In this document: one piece after another, positions 21,701 to 29,447 of the stretch
Layout of the letters: every line of letters begins with the position of its first letter
How positions within the stretch are numbered: the stretch's first letter is position 1
Origin: a virus
IMG/VR virus record: IMGVR_UViG_3300010965_000427
Coordinates: 57,728 to 121,727 of that record
Length of the DNA stretch: 64,000 nt
Strand: one strand, 5' to 3'
Made by a program: the position numbers and the translations under genes
The notes under the pieces: generated by a model
Told to the model about the DNA's origin: nothing
Seen by the model: only the letters and a program-made list of their open reading frames with translations
Database searches by the model: none

Positions 21701-22000
21701 AGATATTGTTCCTATATACCCTGGATTGATTAAAGAAATAGCTCCATACAAATATTGATTTGCAGCCCGAGATGCGCCGATAAAAGGCACCGCCATCGAA
21801 TAATCTATTCCGCGTATTAACTGCCTAGTTTCTTGCCCTGCTAAAAAATTAATTGTTAAAGAATTCGCAAAAAACGGAGTGAATATAGGAACAATAAATT
21901 GATAATGGCGATCATTGACAGCAGTTATTGTATGGAGTTCGTTTACAATGGCGTTTGTCTCTAATAGACCAGTTAAATCAAGTGGGTACGTAATTAACAT
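18752..22000 (-). CDS. gp131-family tail/baseplate fibre with 4 FN3 domains and a canonical seven-bladed FG-GAP propeller
   Basis: Start re-called at ATG 22000 (GGAGG at 22013-22009); YPLDLTG...N.I.NE.H, FTPFF, YQTLGG, HL....NPH; repeats like KLIASDG...D.FG.SVA.S.DG...IGA...GAAYIF. Confidence 0.82.
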   Translation of the reverse strand: MLITYPLDLTGLLETNAIVNELHTITAVNDRHYQFIVPIFTPFFANSLTINFLAGQETRQLIRGIDYSMAVPFIGASRAANQYLYGAISLINPGYIGTISINYQTLGGPWSYNRAFILRTFAEAIYNNRTITWETIFNIPNCFPSTRHQQDAGAFYGQDRLIDSIENFKNIIAQTATNRDIDRHLGNLQNPHQLTIQSIGYFPCLIEDIMSGQINDGILTLDGAYLILSGVGGHGYGLNQIKIKTPIIVVPNSPIVSSSTYMNFNSSAFSTISEVDTHLSSSWQLSTDSSFTNIVQQTLNDTVNKTEWSVSNLTPGEIYYVRVMHKGHSHGNSLWSLTLTVSELIIQVNRPFIFYPANESASHEAPLQVSSSRLIMSYGSDKHESTDWQVATDINFLNITQESVADVVNKITWTINEVQPGRTYYVRVRYKSQNHGKSDWSYLVAFSGISISVNQPIILNPTNLQNNVYPNTAMISSEMSLNYGIDEHISSSWQVSTDENFSSVTQQSIDNQINKTQLDFANLVSGQTYFVRVKHTSNLYGDSQWSNVVSFTVLTIHVEKPTTAFPVNEAIKQPVILIADSSAFGVNYGTDTHLSSNWQLSNDPSFSTIISQSLYNTVNLTSWPISGLLFNTTYYIRVCHTGAIRGTSEWSVPILFTTMQQTYPKNEVLKLVASDWCGYDCFASNYSGSSISFGSPIAISDDGIFMIMGAYSNSNSGKLNVGAAYIFKKDGSTWSEQAKLIASDGITLDCFGFSVAMSGDGSVVAIGSYSNDNSSGANSGAVYIFKQINNVWSQQVKLISENIWNNDNFGYSLAMSSDGNTLAVSSINYYDTNNPSITSHGAVYVFINSGLSWSQEAKLLASDKASTDRFGNSISMSSDGNLILIGAKLDNNERGSDCGSAYIFRKTQSTWSQEKKLIASDGASYDWFGSSVALSKNGLFALIGAPKNTNAKGSEAGAAYIFINSGNDWTLQQKLIPDTIGVKSYAGSVVTIDQVGQVAVIGACYDTNSRGTQVGDAFVFTRTGNSWNEKGSLVPGNSNGYAHFANSAQLSYDGSFVVIGARETYENTLAVGSAYIFDQLMF

Positions 22001-22089
22001 TGTTGAAACCTCCAAACATTAAGTTAATTTAGTTTTCTAGTCTCAAAAGATCTAGTTTGTTTTAAAAAGCAATCAAAAGGAAATCAGCT

Positions 22090-23337
22090 ATGTATGTTTA
22101 CGTTGGTGCAACTTGCCTTGGAAGATCCACAGGATCTCAATGGAGTTTAGTAGATTTAAGGCAAATGGAAATGAGGGACATATTTAATAAATTTCGCAGT
22201 TGTTTTTTAGAACTTTCAAATCCTGTTTTACCAAATAATGTTTACGTTGATGCATGGCAATTTAAAGACGAAGCCTCTTATTCTCAAAGAACATTAACTC
22301 AATTTTTAATAGATGTTGGTAACAGAACCCTTGCCACAGTTCCTTCGTTACCGTCCTCAAGAATTTCCTATGCTAGATACTCAGATGCTATAAGGGCGGG
22401 ATACAAAATTAATCCAACCACAATAGGAAATCCAGAAGAAGATATAACAGTAAATAGCCCAGATTTAAAAATTACAAAAGTTTTTCCAGAAACAGATTTA
22501 AGATTAATTCATACACACTGTTTAATTACAGTTAATGGTTATTATCATCAGACGGACGCTAATGTGACAGGCACTGCTGCATATGTTTTAAAAGGAGCTG
22601 AATCTATGCGAAAATGCAGAATGAATCAATTAGGCATTTTGAGTTTTTTAGATATTGGCCGAGTTTCAAAGGTGCAAATTACTAATAACTTAATCAATGG
22701 GTTGCCGTCTGACAATGGTTTAAAAAATCGAGCTTATTTAACATTAAATCAGGACACAACTAATAAAACAGTGCTATTATCATTAGGAGGATATTTAATA
22801 TTTCAAGAAGCAAATGTTTTCTGGCAGTCTGGGGCTAATGTATTTACATTAAATTTACAAGCGATGCCTTATATTGAACGTTTTTATGAATCTAATCTTT
22901 ATTTAGATTTTAGTGCATTGGGGTTAACTATTAATGCTGAGGACCCCAGTCATTTAATCCTTTCTGAATTTTTAAGTGATGCGATAATTAAAAAATTCCT
23001 TACACTTCCCCAAACATTTTTTATAGTTATAGACACTCCTTCATTAATTACTAACAAATATTTTTTACATCAAGCTAATATGCCAGGTATGTTAACAGCT
23101 TACCAAGAACCAGTTCATCCATTGATTGTAAATTATGGAAAAGTTGCTGATTATTGGAGAACAAAAGAAGACGGATTTTGGTCAATTACTGTTACAGACG
23201 ATTATTTTAGAAATTTTGTACTATCTTTTCAAAATAAGTTATACACTCCAAATTTAACAAACAAACTAATACCTGGAAAAAGATATTTTCAAAGCAGAGG
23301 TCATTTTTTAGAAATAGGAGCATATGACCAAATTTAA
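22090..23337 (+). CDS. virion structural protein, phiKZ gp130-like
   Basis: 415 aa; CLITVNGYYH and VLLSLGGYL motifs; divergent from the gp131-like genes. Confidence 0.6.
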   Translation: MYVYVGATCLGRSTGSQWSLVDLRQMEMRDIFNKFRSCFLELSNPVLPNNVYVDAWQFKDEASYSQRTLTQFLIDVGNRTLATVPSLPSSRISYARYSDAIRAGYKINPTTIGNPEEDITVNSPDLKITKVFPETDLRLIHTHCLITVNGYYHQTDANVTGTAAYVLKGAESMRKCRMNQLGILSFLDIGRVSKVQITNNLINGLPSDNGLKNRAYLTLNQDTTNKTVLLSLGGYLIFQEANVFWQSGANVFTLNLQAMPYIERFYESNLYLDFSALGLTINAEDPSHLILSEFLSDAIIKKFLTLPQTFFIVIDTPSLITNKYFLHQANMPGMLTAYQEPVHPLIVNYGKVADYWRTKEDGFWSITVTDDYFRNFVLSFQNKLYTPNLTNKLIPGKRYFQSRGHFLEIGAYDQI

Positions 23338-23342
23338 ATTAA

Positions 23343-24332
23343 TTAAGGAACTGGCCTTGGATTGGTTTCTGTTATTGTTTCTGCTACGATGTCTTTTGCT
23401 TTTAATCCATTGCCAACCTCAAGGCTATTGTCTATTTTAAAACCAGAAGGAGTTGTAGACATTCCTGGCATCGTCATTGGCCCAGTTACTGTCATTCCAT
23501 TTTGCATATTTGTAACTCCCTGAACAGTGGCTGTGCTCTGCAAGGTAGTTGCTCCTTTAACATTTATAGTGTTGTCTAATGTAGCCGCGCCCTTGACGCC
23601 AACGGTATCGTCCATGGTTACGGCCCCTTTAACGGCAGCCTTTGCCTCCATTTTAACATCTCCTTTTGTTGTAGATCTATTGCTTATATTAACATCTGGA
23701 GCCGTGAGATTAATTGATTTAATAGCAGTTAAAGATATTGTTCCTTCCTTGCTATCGAGTTTAAATATATTTCCAACATCATCTTTCATTTCAATATAAC
23801 CTTCTTTGGTATCAATTTTAACATCGTAAGAATAAGGCTCTTCGTCTGATCTAGATGTATGAATTTTAATATGTTTATCGTGCGTGCTAATTTCTGCCCA
23901 ATACGAAGACTCCTTATCCCACTCTTCTAATGGTTTTTTCTTATCCCCACACATAAAGCATACGGTTTCTAAACGCCTTATTCCTGGCTCGTTAAAAATA
24001 GGGGTCCAAAAATACTCATCATTATCCCCGTATTTAAATATCATCACTGTTTCATTAGCGCAGCAATCCGGGGCGGTGCCTCGGTTGCTGCCGCCTAATG
24101 GAATCCATTTTGCTGTGATAGTGGCCTTCCCTTCGGTGGAAGACGATGACGTGGCGCCAGAGCTGTCGGGAAGAGAATTAGAAAAAGATAATTTATAATC
24201 ATTAATTGGGCCGTGCGTTAATGGAAGATCTTCAACCGGAAAAACTATTAATTCAGTGCTCGTTCGTTCCTTATCTTTAGCTACTATTCCTAGCGAATAG
24301 AATCTAAAGCTACTGGTATCGTTTTTTACCAT
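23343..24332 (-). CDS. baseplate central spike, phiKZ gp164 / gp5-gpV-like
   Basis: OB-fold-like N-terminus (YSLGIVA, ITAKWIP...SNR.TAPD...NETV.IF.Y) followed by 12-residue beta-helix repeats (VKGA.T.D.T..). Confidence 0.72.
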   Translation of the reverse strand: MVKNDTSSFRFYSLGIVAKDKERTSTELIVFPVEDLPLTHGPINDYKLSFSNSLPDSSGATSSSSTEGKATITAKWIPLGGSNRGTAPDCCANETVMIFKYGDNDEYFWTPIFNEPGIRRLETVCFMCGDKKKPLEEWDKESSYWAEISTHDKHIKIHTSRSDEEPYSYDVKIDTKEGYIEMKDDVGNIFKLDSKEGTISLTAIKSINLTAPDVNISNRSTTKGDVKMEAKAAVKGAVTMDDTVGVKGAATLDNTINVKGATTLQSTATVQGVTNMQNGMTVTGPMTMPGMSTTPSGFKIDNSLEVGNGLKAKDIVAETITETNPRPVP

Positions 24333-24375
24333 ACGTTTCTCAGAACAACTTGATTGTTAAAAGAGGGTTTTAATC

Positions 24376-25020
24376 GTGAATGAATATCAACGTGTTTTTT
24401 TGCATTATTTAATAAACATTGGCGTGTTAAAGTTTGGTGACTTTCAACTCAAATCTGGAAGGCAAAGCCCTTATTTTATTAACACTGGATTATTTAATAC
24501 TGGATTACGTTTAATGCATTTAGCTGGAGCATACGTTAATTGCATATTAAATAATAATATTAATTTTGATGTACTATATGGACCGGCTTATAAAGGAATC
24601 CCATTAGTATCTGCGATTAGCATGATGTTTTTAATTAAACATGAAAGAGAAGTTCCTTATGCATTTAATAGAAAAGAATACGAAGATCGTAAAAAAAATG
24701 AAGTAATAATTGGACACCCGCTATATGGAAATGTATTAATTATTGATGATGTGATAACAGCCGGGACTTCAATAAAGCAATCAGAAAAAATTATTACGGA
24801 TAACGGAGCAAAACCTATAGGGGCCGTAACTATGCTAGATAGACAAGAGGTTGGGACTGCTAATGTTTCAGCAACTGAAGAAATAGAACATTTACTTAAT
24901 ATCCAAGTATTTTCTATTGTAACATTTCAGCAACTGGTAGATTGCTTAGATGAATTCACAATGGATAAAAATATAATAAAATCAATGACAGATTATAGAA
25001 ATATGTATGGAGTAAAATAA
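24376..25020 (+). CDS. pyrE: orotate phosphoribosyltransferase-like protein (auxiliary metabolic gene)
   Basis: LKFG.F.LKSGR.SPYF, GPAYKGIP, FNRKE, PRPP motif VLIIDDVITAGTS, LDRQE; GTG start with GAGGG SD. Confidence 0.93.
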   Translation: MNEYQRVFLHYLINIGVLKFGDFQLKSGRQSPYFINTGLFNTGLRLMHLAGAYVNCILNNNINFDVLYGPAYKGIPLVSAISMMFLIKHEREVPYAFNRKEYEDRKKNEVIIGHPLYGNVLIIDDVITAGTSIKQSEKIITDNGAKPIGAVTMLDRQEVGTANVSATEEIEHLLNIQVFSIVTFQQLVDCLDEFTMDKNIIKSMTDYRNMYGVK

Positions 25021-25045
25021 AAAGTATATATTCCAATACTAAACA

Positions 25046-25065
25046 ACTACATATACTCAATATAA
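25046..25065 (+). promoter_or_regulatory. putative early promoter motif (ACATATA...AAT)
   Basis: ACTACATATACTCAATATAA; the same motif recurs upstream of other small genes. Confidence 0.5.
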
Positions 25066-25088
25066 TATAACCTAAAGGTAAATCTGGC

Positions 25089-25361
25089 ATGAATGGATCA
25101 GAATCTTCTCCTGCTGATGAATATGAAATAATGACTGCTATTTCGACTCTAAATGAGAACGCAACCGAAGAAAGAATTAACGAATTTTTAAATACCATTT
25201 CAAATTCTAGAGTTTCATATATCTTAACCGTTTTGGAAATGAGAGGTTTTATAAAATCTAATTTTGAAAGAAATGTTAAAAAGCCAATTTTTGAAATAAC
25301 AGATCTTGGAAGGTCATCTCTAGACTTTATAAAAAACCTATTTTTCAATAATAAATATTAA
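25089..25361 (+). CDS. small winged-helix protein
   Basis: SRVSYILTVLEMRGFI...FEITDLGR matches a wHTH recognition helix plus wing. Confidence 0.65.
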   Translation: MNGSESSPADEYEIMTAISTLNENATEERINEFLNTISNSRVSYILTVLEMRGFIKSNFERNVKKPIFEITDLGRSSLDFIKNLFFNNKY

Positions 25362-25392
25362 ACAATTTTAAAACATTATTTGGAGCTAAAAA

Positions 25393-25698
25393 ATGAATGA
25401 AAATAAAACGCTGTTTGTAATGACAAACAGCGAAGGCTTGGGAACTGCGTCGTTTCCAAAATACAAAGGGCTACGGGTTATTCACACCCATTACTCTATC
25501 GATGTACATTTAGACAACGCAGCGTTATTTATTGATGCAAAAAATGGTCTATGTAGATATAATTCCGACATTTCTCCACGCGCATTGGGATATGACGAAA
25601 ATAGCGAAAAATGGGAAGACCGCGGGTCTGACGAATTAAGAAAAATGGCAAGGGAAGCTCGGGCATCCGAAATGGAGATAGTGGATTATAAAGAATAA
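25393..25698 (+). CDS. hypothetical protein (101 aa)
   Basis: GGAG SD; no motif recognised. Confidence 0.75.
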   Translation: MNENKTLFVMTNSEGLGTASFPKYKGLRVIHTHYSIDVHLDNAALFIDAKNGLCRYNSDISPRALGYDENSEKWEDRGSDELRKMAREARASEMEIVDYKE

Positions 25699-25716
25699 CC
25701 TCTGCCAGAAAATCTA

Positions 25717-25756
25717 TATTAGTTAATGCATTTAGTAATTAATGCATTAACTAATA
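25717..25756. promoter_or_regulatory. AT-rich inverted repeat upstream of the PadR gene (operator or terminator)
   Basis: TATTAGTTAATGCATT-N8-AATGCATTAACTAATA with perfect 16-bp arms. Confidence 0.55.
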
Positions 25757-25792
25757 AAACCTAAACGAATCTAAACTAAAAAAGGCAACTCA

Positions 25793-26083
25793 ATGAACGA
25801 TTCTACTTCCAGAAACAGCGATCTATCGAAAACTCAACTGACAGCTTTAAAAATAATTTCAGAATTAGGGGATAATGCATATGGAGTAACAGTCCAAGAA
25901 AAACTTTTTTTGAAAACAGGAATAGAGCATTCGACAGGAGAAGTCTATGTATTATTGCGCAGCCTCGAAGATCAGGAATTAACTGCATCGGCTCTTGGAG
26001 ACGCTACAGAAGAACGCGGCGGAAAAAGAAAGCGTTTATACAAGTTGACAGAGAAAGGGGAAAATGAAATAAAAGACTGTTAA
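25793..26083 (+). CDS. PadR-family winged-helix transcriptional regulator
   Basis: AYG..V...L, S.GEVY.LL..LE...L and ERGGKRKRLYKLTEKG are PadR signatures. Confidence 0.85.
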   Translation: MNDSTSRNSDLSKTQLTALKIISELGDNAYGVTVQEKLFLKTGIEHSTGEVYVLLRSLEDQELTASALGDATEERGGKRKRLYKLTEKGENEIKDC

Positions 26084-26142
26084 AAAATTTTAAAATAAGT
26101 TAAAAACTCGTCAAATCTAAAACAATCTAAAGGCAAAACAAA

Positions 26143-26427
26143 ATGAAAAGTCAAAACATTTCCATTGATGATAACAAAATCAATTTTAATACACCAGTAA
26201 TAAATGTTTATTTTAACGGAATAAGTATTGTAGCCGAATGGAATGAGCTTGATTTAAAAACAGTGCTATCAAAATCTTCTATGGAAGACAGGATCTTAGC
26301 ACGTAAAAACCAAAGATTAAATACTGAAACAGAAGAACAAGCGTTACGACTAATTAAAGTGTATGAAAAAACTCATCCAGAACAAGCAGAAATCACCATT
26401 GTTAACAAAAAAATACATAACTTATAA
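26143..26427 (+). CDS. hypothetical protein (94 aa)
   Basis: AAGG SD; co-oriented within the island. Confidence 0.7.
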   Translation: MKSQNISIDDNKINFNTPVINVYFNGISIVAEWNELDLKTVLSKSSMEDRILARKNQRLNTETEEQALRLIKVYEKTHPEQAEITIVNKKIHNL

Positions 26428-26446
26428 TAAATAAAGAAATATTACA

Positions 26447-26737
26447 ATGCTATTTATAACAGACAGACTAGATTCTTTAAACTACCGGAAGTGTAAACGT
26501 CTAGTAGATATTACAAAAATAGAAGCACAGTGCTTTGTTGCAAATGCCTTGGTTTTTTACCCACATGTAAAAGATTATGACGTTGCTAGACTTTTTACAG
26601 ATGAACTTGGAGTTGAAATATTAACAAACACAATTGATGTTAATGTTACTGATGTTGATGCAATTTTAATTGGAACAATAAATCCTGAAAATTGCGAAGT
26701 GTCTTGGAGATACGCCAACCATACAAGAACAAGTTGA
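26447..26737 (+). CDS. DUF1874 (STIV B116 / AcrIII-1 ring-nuclease)-like protein, divergent
   Basis: IT..EA..F and DVA.LF...LGVEI..N.I.V.V...D.ILIG resemble the family pattern IS.EEA..L and DTA.VF...LG..V..NR..V.L..GD.LLVG; the GH motif is not conserved. Confidence 0.55.
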   Translation: MLFITDRLDSLNYRKCKRLVDITKIEAQCFVANALVFYPHVKDYDVARLFTDELGVEILTNTIDVNVTDVDAILIGTINPENCEVSWRYANHTRTS

Positions 26738-26774
26738 AAAAAATATGTAAAATTAATCTAAAATAAAATCACTA

Positions 26775-26824
26775 TTTATCTACCCTAGCCCAAGTAGGCT
26801 AGGGTAGATAAAGAATTTTTTTTT
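26775..26824 (+). terminator. intrinsic terminator closing the accessory island
   Basis: 16-bp stem TTTATCTACCCTAGCC/GGCTAGGGTAGATAAA with a 6-nt loop and a T run. Confidence 0.85.
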
Positions 26825-26875
26825 AGTTTTTCGTTTGATTTATTGACTAGCGACTCTTTTACATATAGGTATTTC

Positions 26876-29365
26876 ATGCACTATTGTTCGATAGAGCTCT
26901 TTAAGTATAAAAGATTTTCATTAAACGGAATAAATCGTTTTAAGGCAACATTTACTCAAAGACTCCAGCTTATATTAGGAAGCAATGGTAGTGGAAAAAC
27001 GTCGTTACTTAGAGAATTAACGGCCCTTCCAGCCAGCCAAGTCGATTATTATAAAGACGGTTATAAGAAAATCTCCATTATAAGCAATGAGCAACAGTTT
27101 GATTTAATGTCTGATTTTGGTAAAACAAAACCTCATAGTTTTAAAATTAACGGCGAAGAAAAAAACGACGGAGGAACAGCAGCTATACAAAAAGAGTTAG
27201 TATGGCAATATTTTAAAATAACTTCAGAAATACACGAGCTTTTATTGGGCTCTGTAAAATTTCATTCAATGGGCCCAGCTGAGCGTGGAAAATGGTTTTC
27301 TAAAATTTCTAAAACGGATTATCAATATGCAATTGGTGTTTATCAAAAATTAAAAGAAAAACACCGAGATGTGATTGGAGGAGTTAAGCTTACGTCGTCC
27401 AGAATAGTCCAAGAAAATAAGTCTTTATTGACTGCCGAAAAGGAAGAGATTATTAAACAAGAAATCATTGAATTAAAATCACACATCGATTCTTTACTTC
27501 AATTAAAATCGCCTTTAGCTTATGAAGTCCCAAAGCATAAAGAGGCTATAGGTCTTATCGATGAGAAATTAAAACAAGACACAGCCTTCCTATATGAATC
27601 AATTCGTAAACTTCGTATATATATGCCTTTTACATCTTATAAACAAATTGAAGAAGCAATTATTCATAGCCGAGCCACCGCTCAAGCATTGTCAAAAACA
27701 ATTCAAACATTATCTGAGGAGATTGAATCTGAGCAACATCTTCTTTCTTTACTCACAAAAACAAATCTTACTAGCATATCGGAATTAGAACAGCAAAAGA
27801 AAAAATTATCAGATTGTATTTTTTTAGCTGAAAAAAAACGAAAATATGATTTTAAATTCAATAATTGCGAAACAGCTTTTCAGGCTTTTGAAGCAGTAAA
27901 CGAATCCCTTATAACTATATTTACTACGTTGCCACAAAATACAGATCGCCGTTATTGTAGAAAAAAATACGAAGAAGAACAAGCAAATTTACAAAAATTA
28001 CAATTGCAAAAAGAATTGCTATATAAAACACATCTTGAATTACTTCATCAGAAAGCTATGCTAGATGACGATTTTAAAAACCATCCCATTTCTTGCCCAA
28101 AATGCAAACATCAATGGCATAAAGCTTATACTCCGTTGCGATATTCTAACATAGTTGAAAATATTAAACATCATTCGGAAATGTCTGAAAATATTGAAGA
28201 TCAAATAAAAGAAACAATTCAATGCATTGAAGAAAATAGACAATATTCAACGACTTATAAGACATGGATTGAAATTAAACAAAATTGGGTTATTTTAAAA
28301 CCCTTGTGGGACTCAATAGACGAAACTGGTTTATTATTACAAAATCCAAAAGCACTGATTCAATATCTTTTAGACGTAGAAATTGATTTTGAAATACTAA
28401 TAGAAATACATCATCTAACAACGCAATATCAAGAGCTTATTCAATTATTTAATAAATTGAAAAAAGACGAAGAAACATCAATTAATCAATTAACAGAAAA
28501 ATTTTTAAAAGATCAGGAAAAACTGCACACACTGACCTGCGAGTTAAATATAACAAATAAAAAAACAGACGTATATGAAATAGACAAAAAACAATGGATT
28601 GTTATAGAAAACTTAACTTCCAATTTAGAAAATCTTCTTAAAGAACGTCACGGCCTTACAGAAAAAATAAAGCTAGCGCTAAATAAACAAGCTGTTAATG
28701 AAATGCTTCAATTTGCTTATATTGCTTTATCCAAAAGAGAGCAGCAATTATCCGAGATTATAGTTCAACAAGGAATTATAATTGATCTAAAAAAACAATT
28801 AGAAACTTATGAAAAAAAACAAATTATTTATTTTGACTTATTATCAGAGCTATCCCCGACGGATGGCCTTATTGCCCGTGGCTTATTAGGTTTTATAAAT
28901 CACGTAATTGATCAAATGAATGAACTTATTAAAAAAGTTTGGTTTTATCCGCTTACAATAATGCACTGTAAATATAATGAAATTGATGGAATAGATTTGG
29001 ATTATAAATTTCCAGTGTGCGTTAATGACGGCAGCATTACTCCCGATATAAATAAAACATCCTCGGCTATGCGGGAAATTATTGATTTGGCTTTTAAAGT
29101 GGTTTGTATGAATTATTTAAATATATCTAATACTCCCCTCTATCTAGACGAATTTGCGGCAATGATGGACGATGCTCATAGAACATCTGCTTTTAAGATG
29201 ATAGGGGAGCTGGCAGCATCTAGCGAGTTTTCTCAAATTTTTGTGGTAAGTCATTATCAACATCTTTACGGCAGTTTAGCAAATGCCCAAATAACTGTGT
29301 TATGCGATGCTAATATTCAGTTGCAAGACACAGCCGTTTTTAATAAACACGTTGAAATTGATTAA
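26876..29365 (+). CDS. sbcC: SbcC/Rad50-like SMC ATPase, phiKZ gp165-like
   Basis: Walker A GSNGSGKT, long coiled coil with CPKC zinc hook, signature-like TSSAM, Walker B LYLDE, VSH; start re-called at ATG 26876 (AGGT SD). Confidence 0.9.
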   Translation: MHYCSIELFKYKRFSLNGINRFKATFTQRLQLILGSNGSGKTSLLRELTALPASQVDYYKDGYKKISIISNEQQFDLMSDFGKTKPHSFKINGEEKNDGGTAAIQKELVWQYFKITSEIHELLLGSVKFHSMGPAERGKWFSKISKTDYQYAIGVYQKLKEKHRDVIGGVKLTSSRIVQENKSLLTAEKEEIIKQEIIELKSHIDSLLQLKSPLAYEVPKHKEAIGLIDEKLKQDTAFLYESIRKLRIYMPFTSYKQIEEAIIHSRATAQALSKTIQTLSEEIESEQHLLSLLTKTNLTSISELEQQKKKLSDCIFLAEKKRKYDFKFNNCETAFQAFEAVNESLITIFTTLPQNTDRRYCRKKYEEEQANLQKLQLQKELLYKTHLELLHQKAMLDDDFKNHPISCPKCKHQWHKAYTPLRYSNIVENIKHHSEMSENIEDQIKETIQCIEENRQYSTTYKTWIEIKQNWVILKPLWDSIDETGLLLQNPKALIQYLLDVEIDFEILIEIHHLTTQYQELIQLFNKLKKDEETSINQLTEKFLKDQEKLHTLTCELNITNKKTDVYEIDKKQWIVIENLTSNLENLLKERHGLTEKIKLALNKQAVNEMLQFAYIALSKREQQLSEIIVQQGIIIDLKKQLETYEKKQIIYFDLLSELSPTDGLIARGLLGFINHVIDQMNELIKKVWFYPLTIMHCKYNEIDGIDLDYKFPVCVNDGSITPDINKTSSAMREIIDLAFKVVCMNYLNISNTPLYLDEFAAMMDDAHRTSAFKMIGELAASSEFSQIFVVSHYQHLYGSLANAQITVLCDANIQLQDTAVFNKHVEID

Positions 29366-29375
29366 AAAATTAAGA

Positions 29376-29411
29376 GTTACATATATTTAATATAGTTCTT
29401 TAAATGGAACT
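29376..29411 (+). promoter_or_regulatory. putative early promoter motif plus hairpin
   Basis: GTTACATATATTTAAT followed by AGTTC...GAACT. Confidence 0.55.
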
Positions 29412-29447
29412 AAATCTTTTTCTTTTAACTGCCTAAATAGGTGCACA

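Noticed and set aside
9785-22000. Diversity-generating retroelement or invertase shufflon acting on the fibre genes
   Set aside because: No reverse transcriptase or recombinase in the window, and no near-identical TR/VR pair or inverted crossover sites were seen; similarity is at protein level only.
9785-22000. Eukaryotic or giant-virus (NCLDV) origin suggested by FG-GAP/FN3 proteins
   Set aside because: SD-led genes, intrinsic terminators, peptidoglycan hydrolases and phiKZ-type core genes indicate a bacteriophage.
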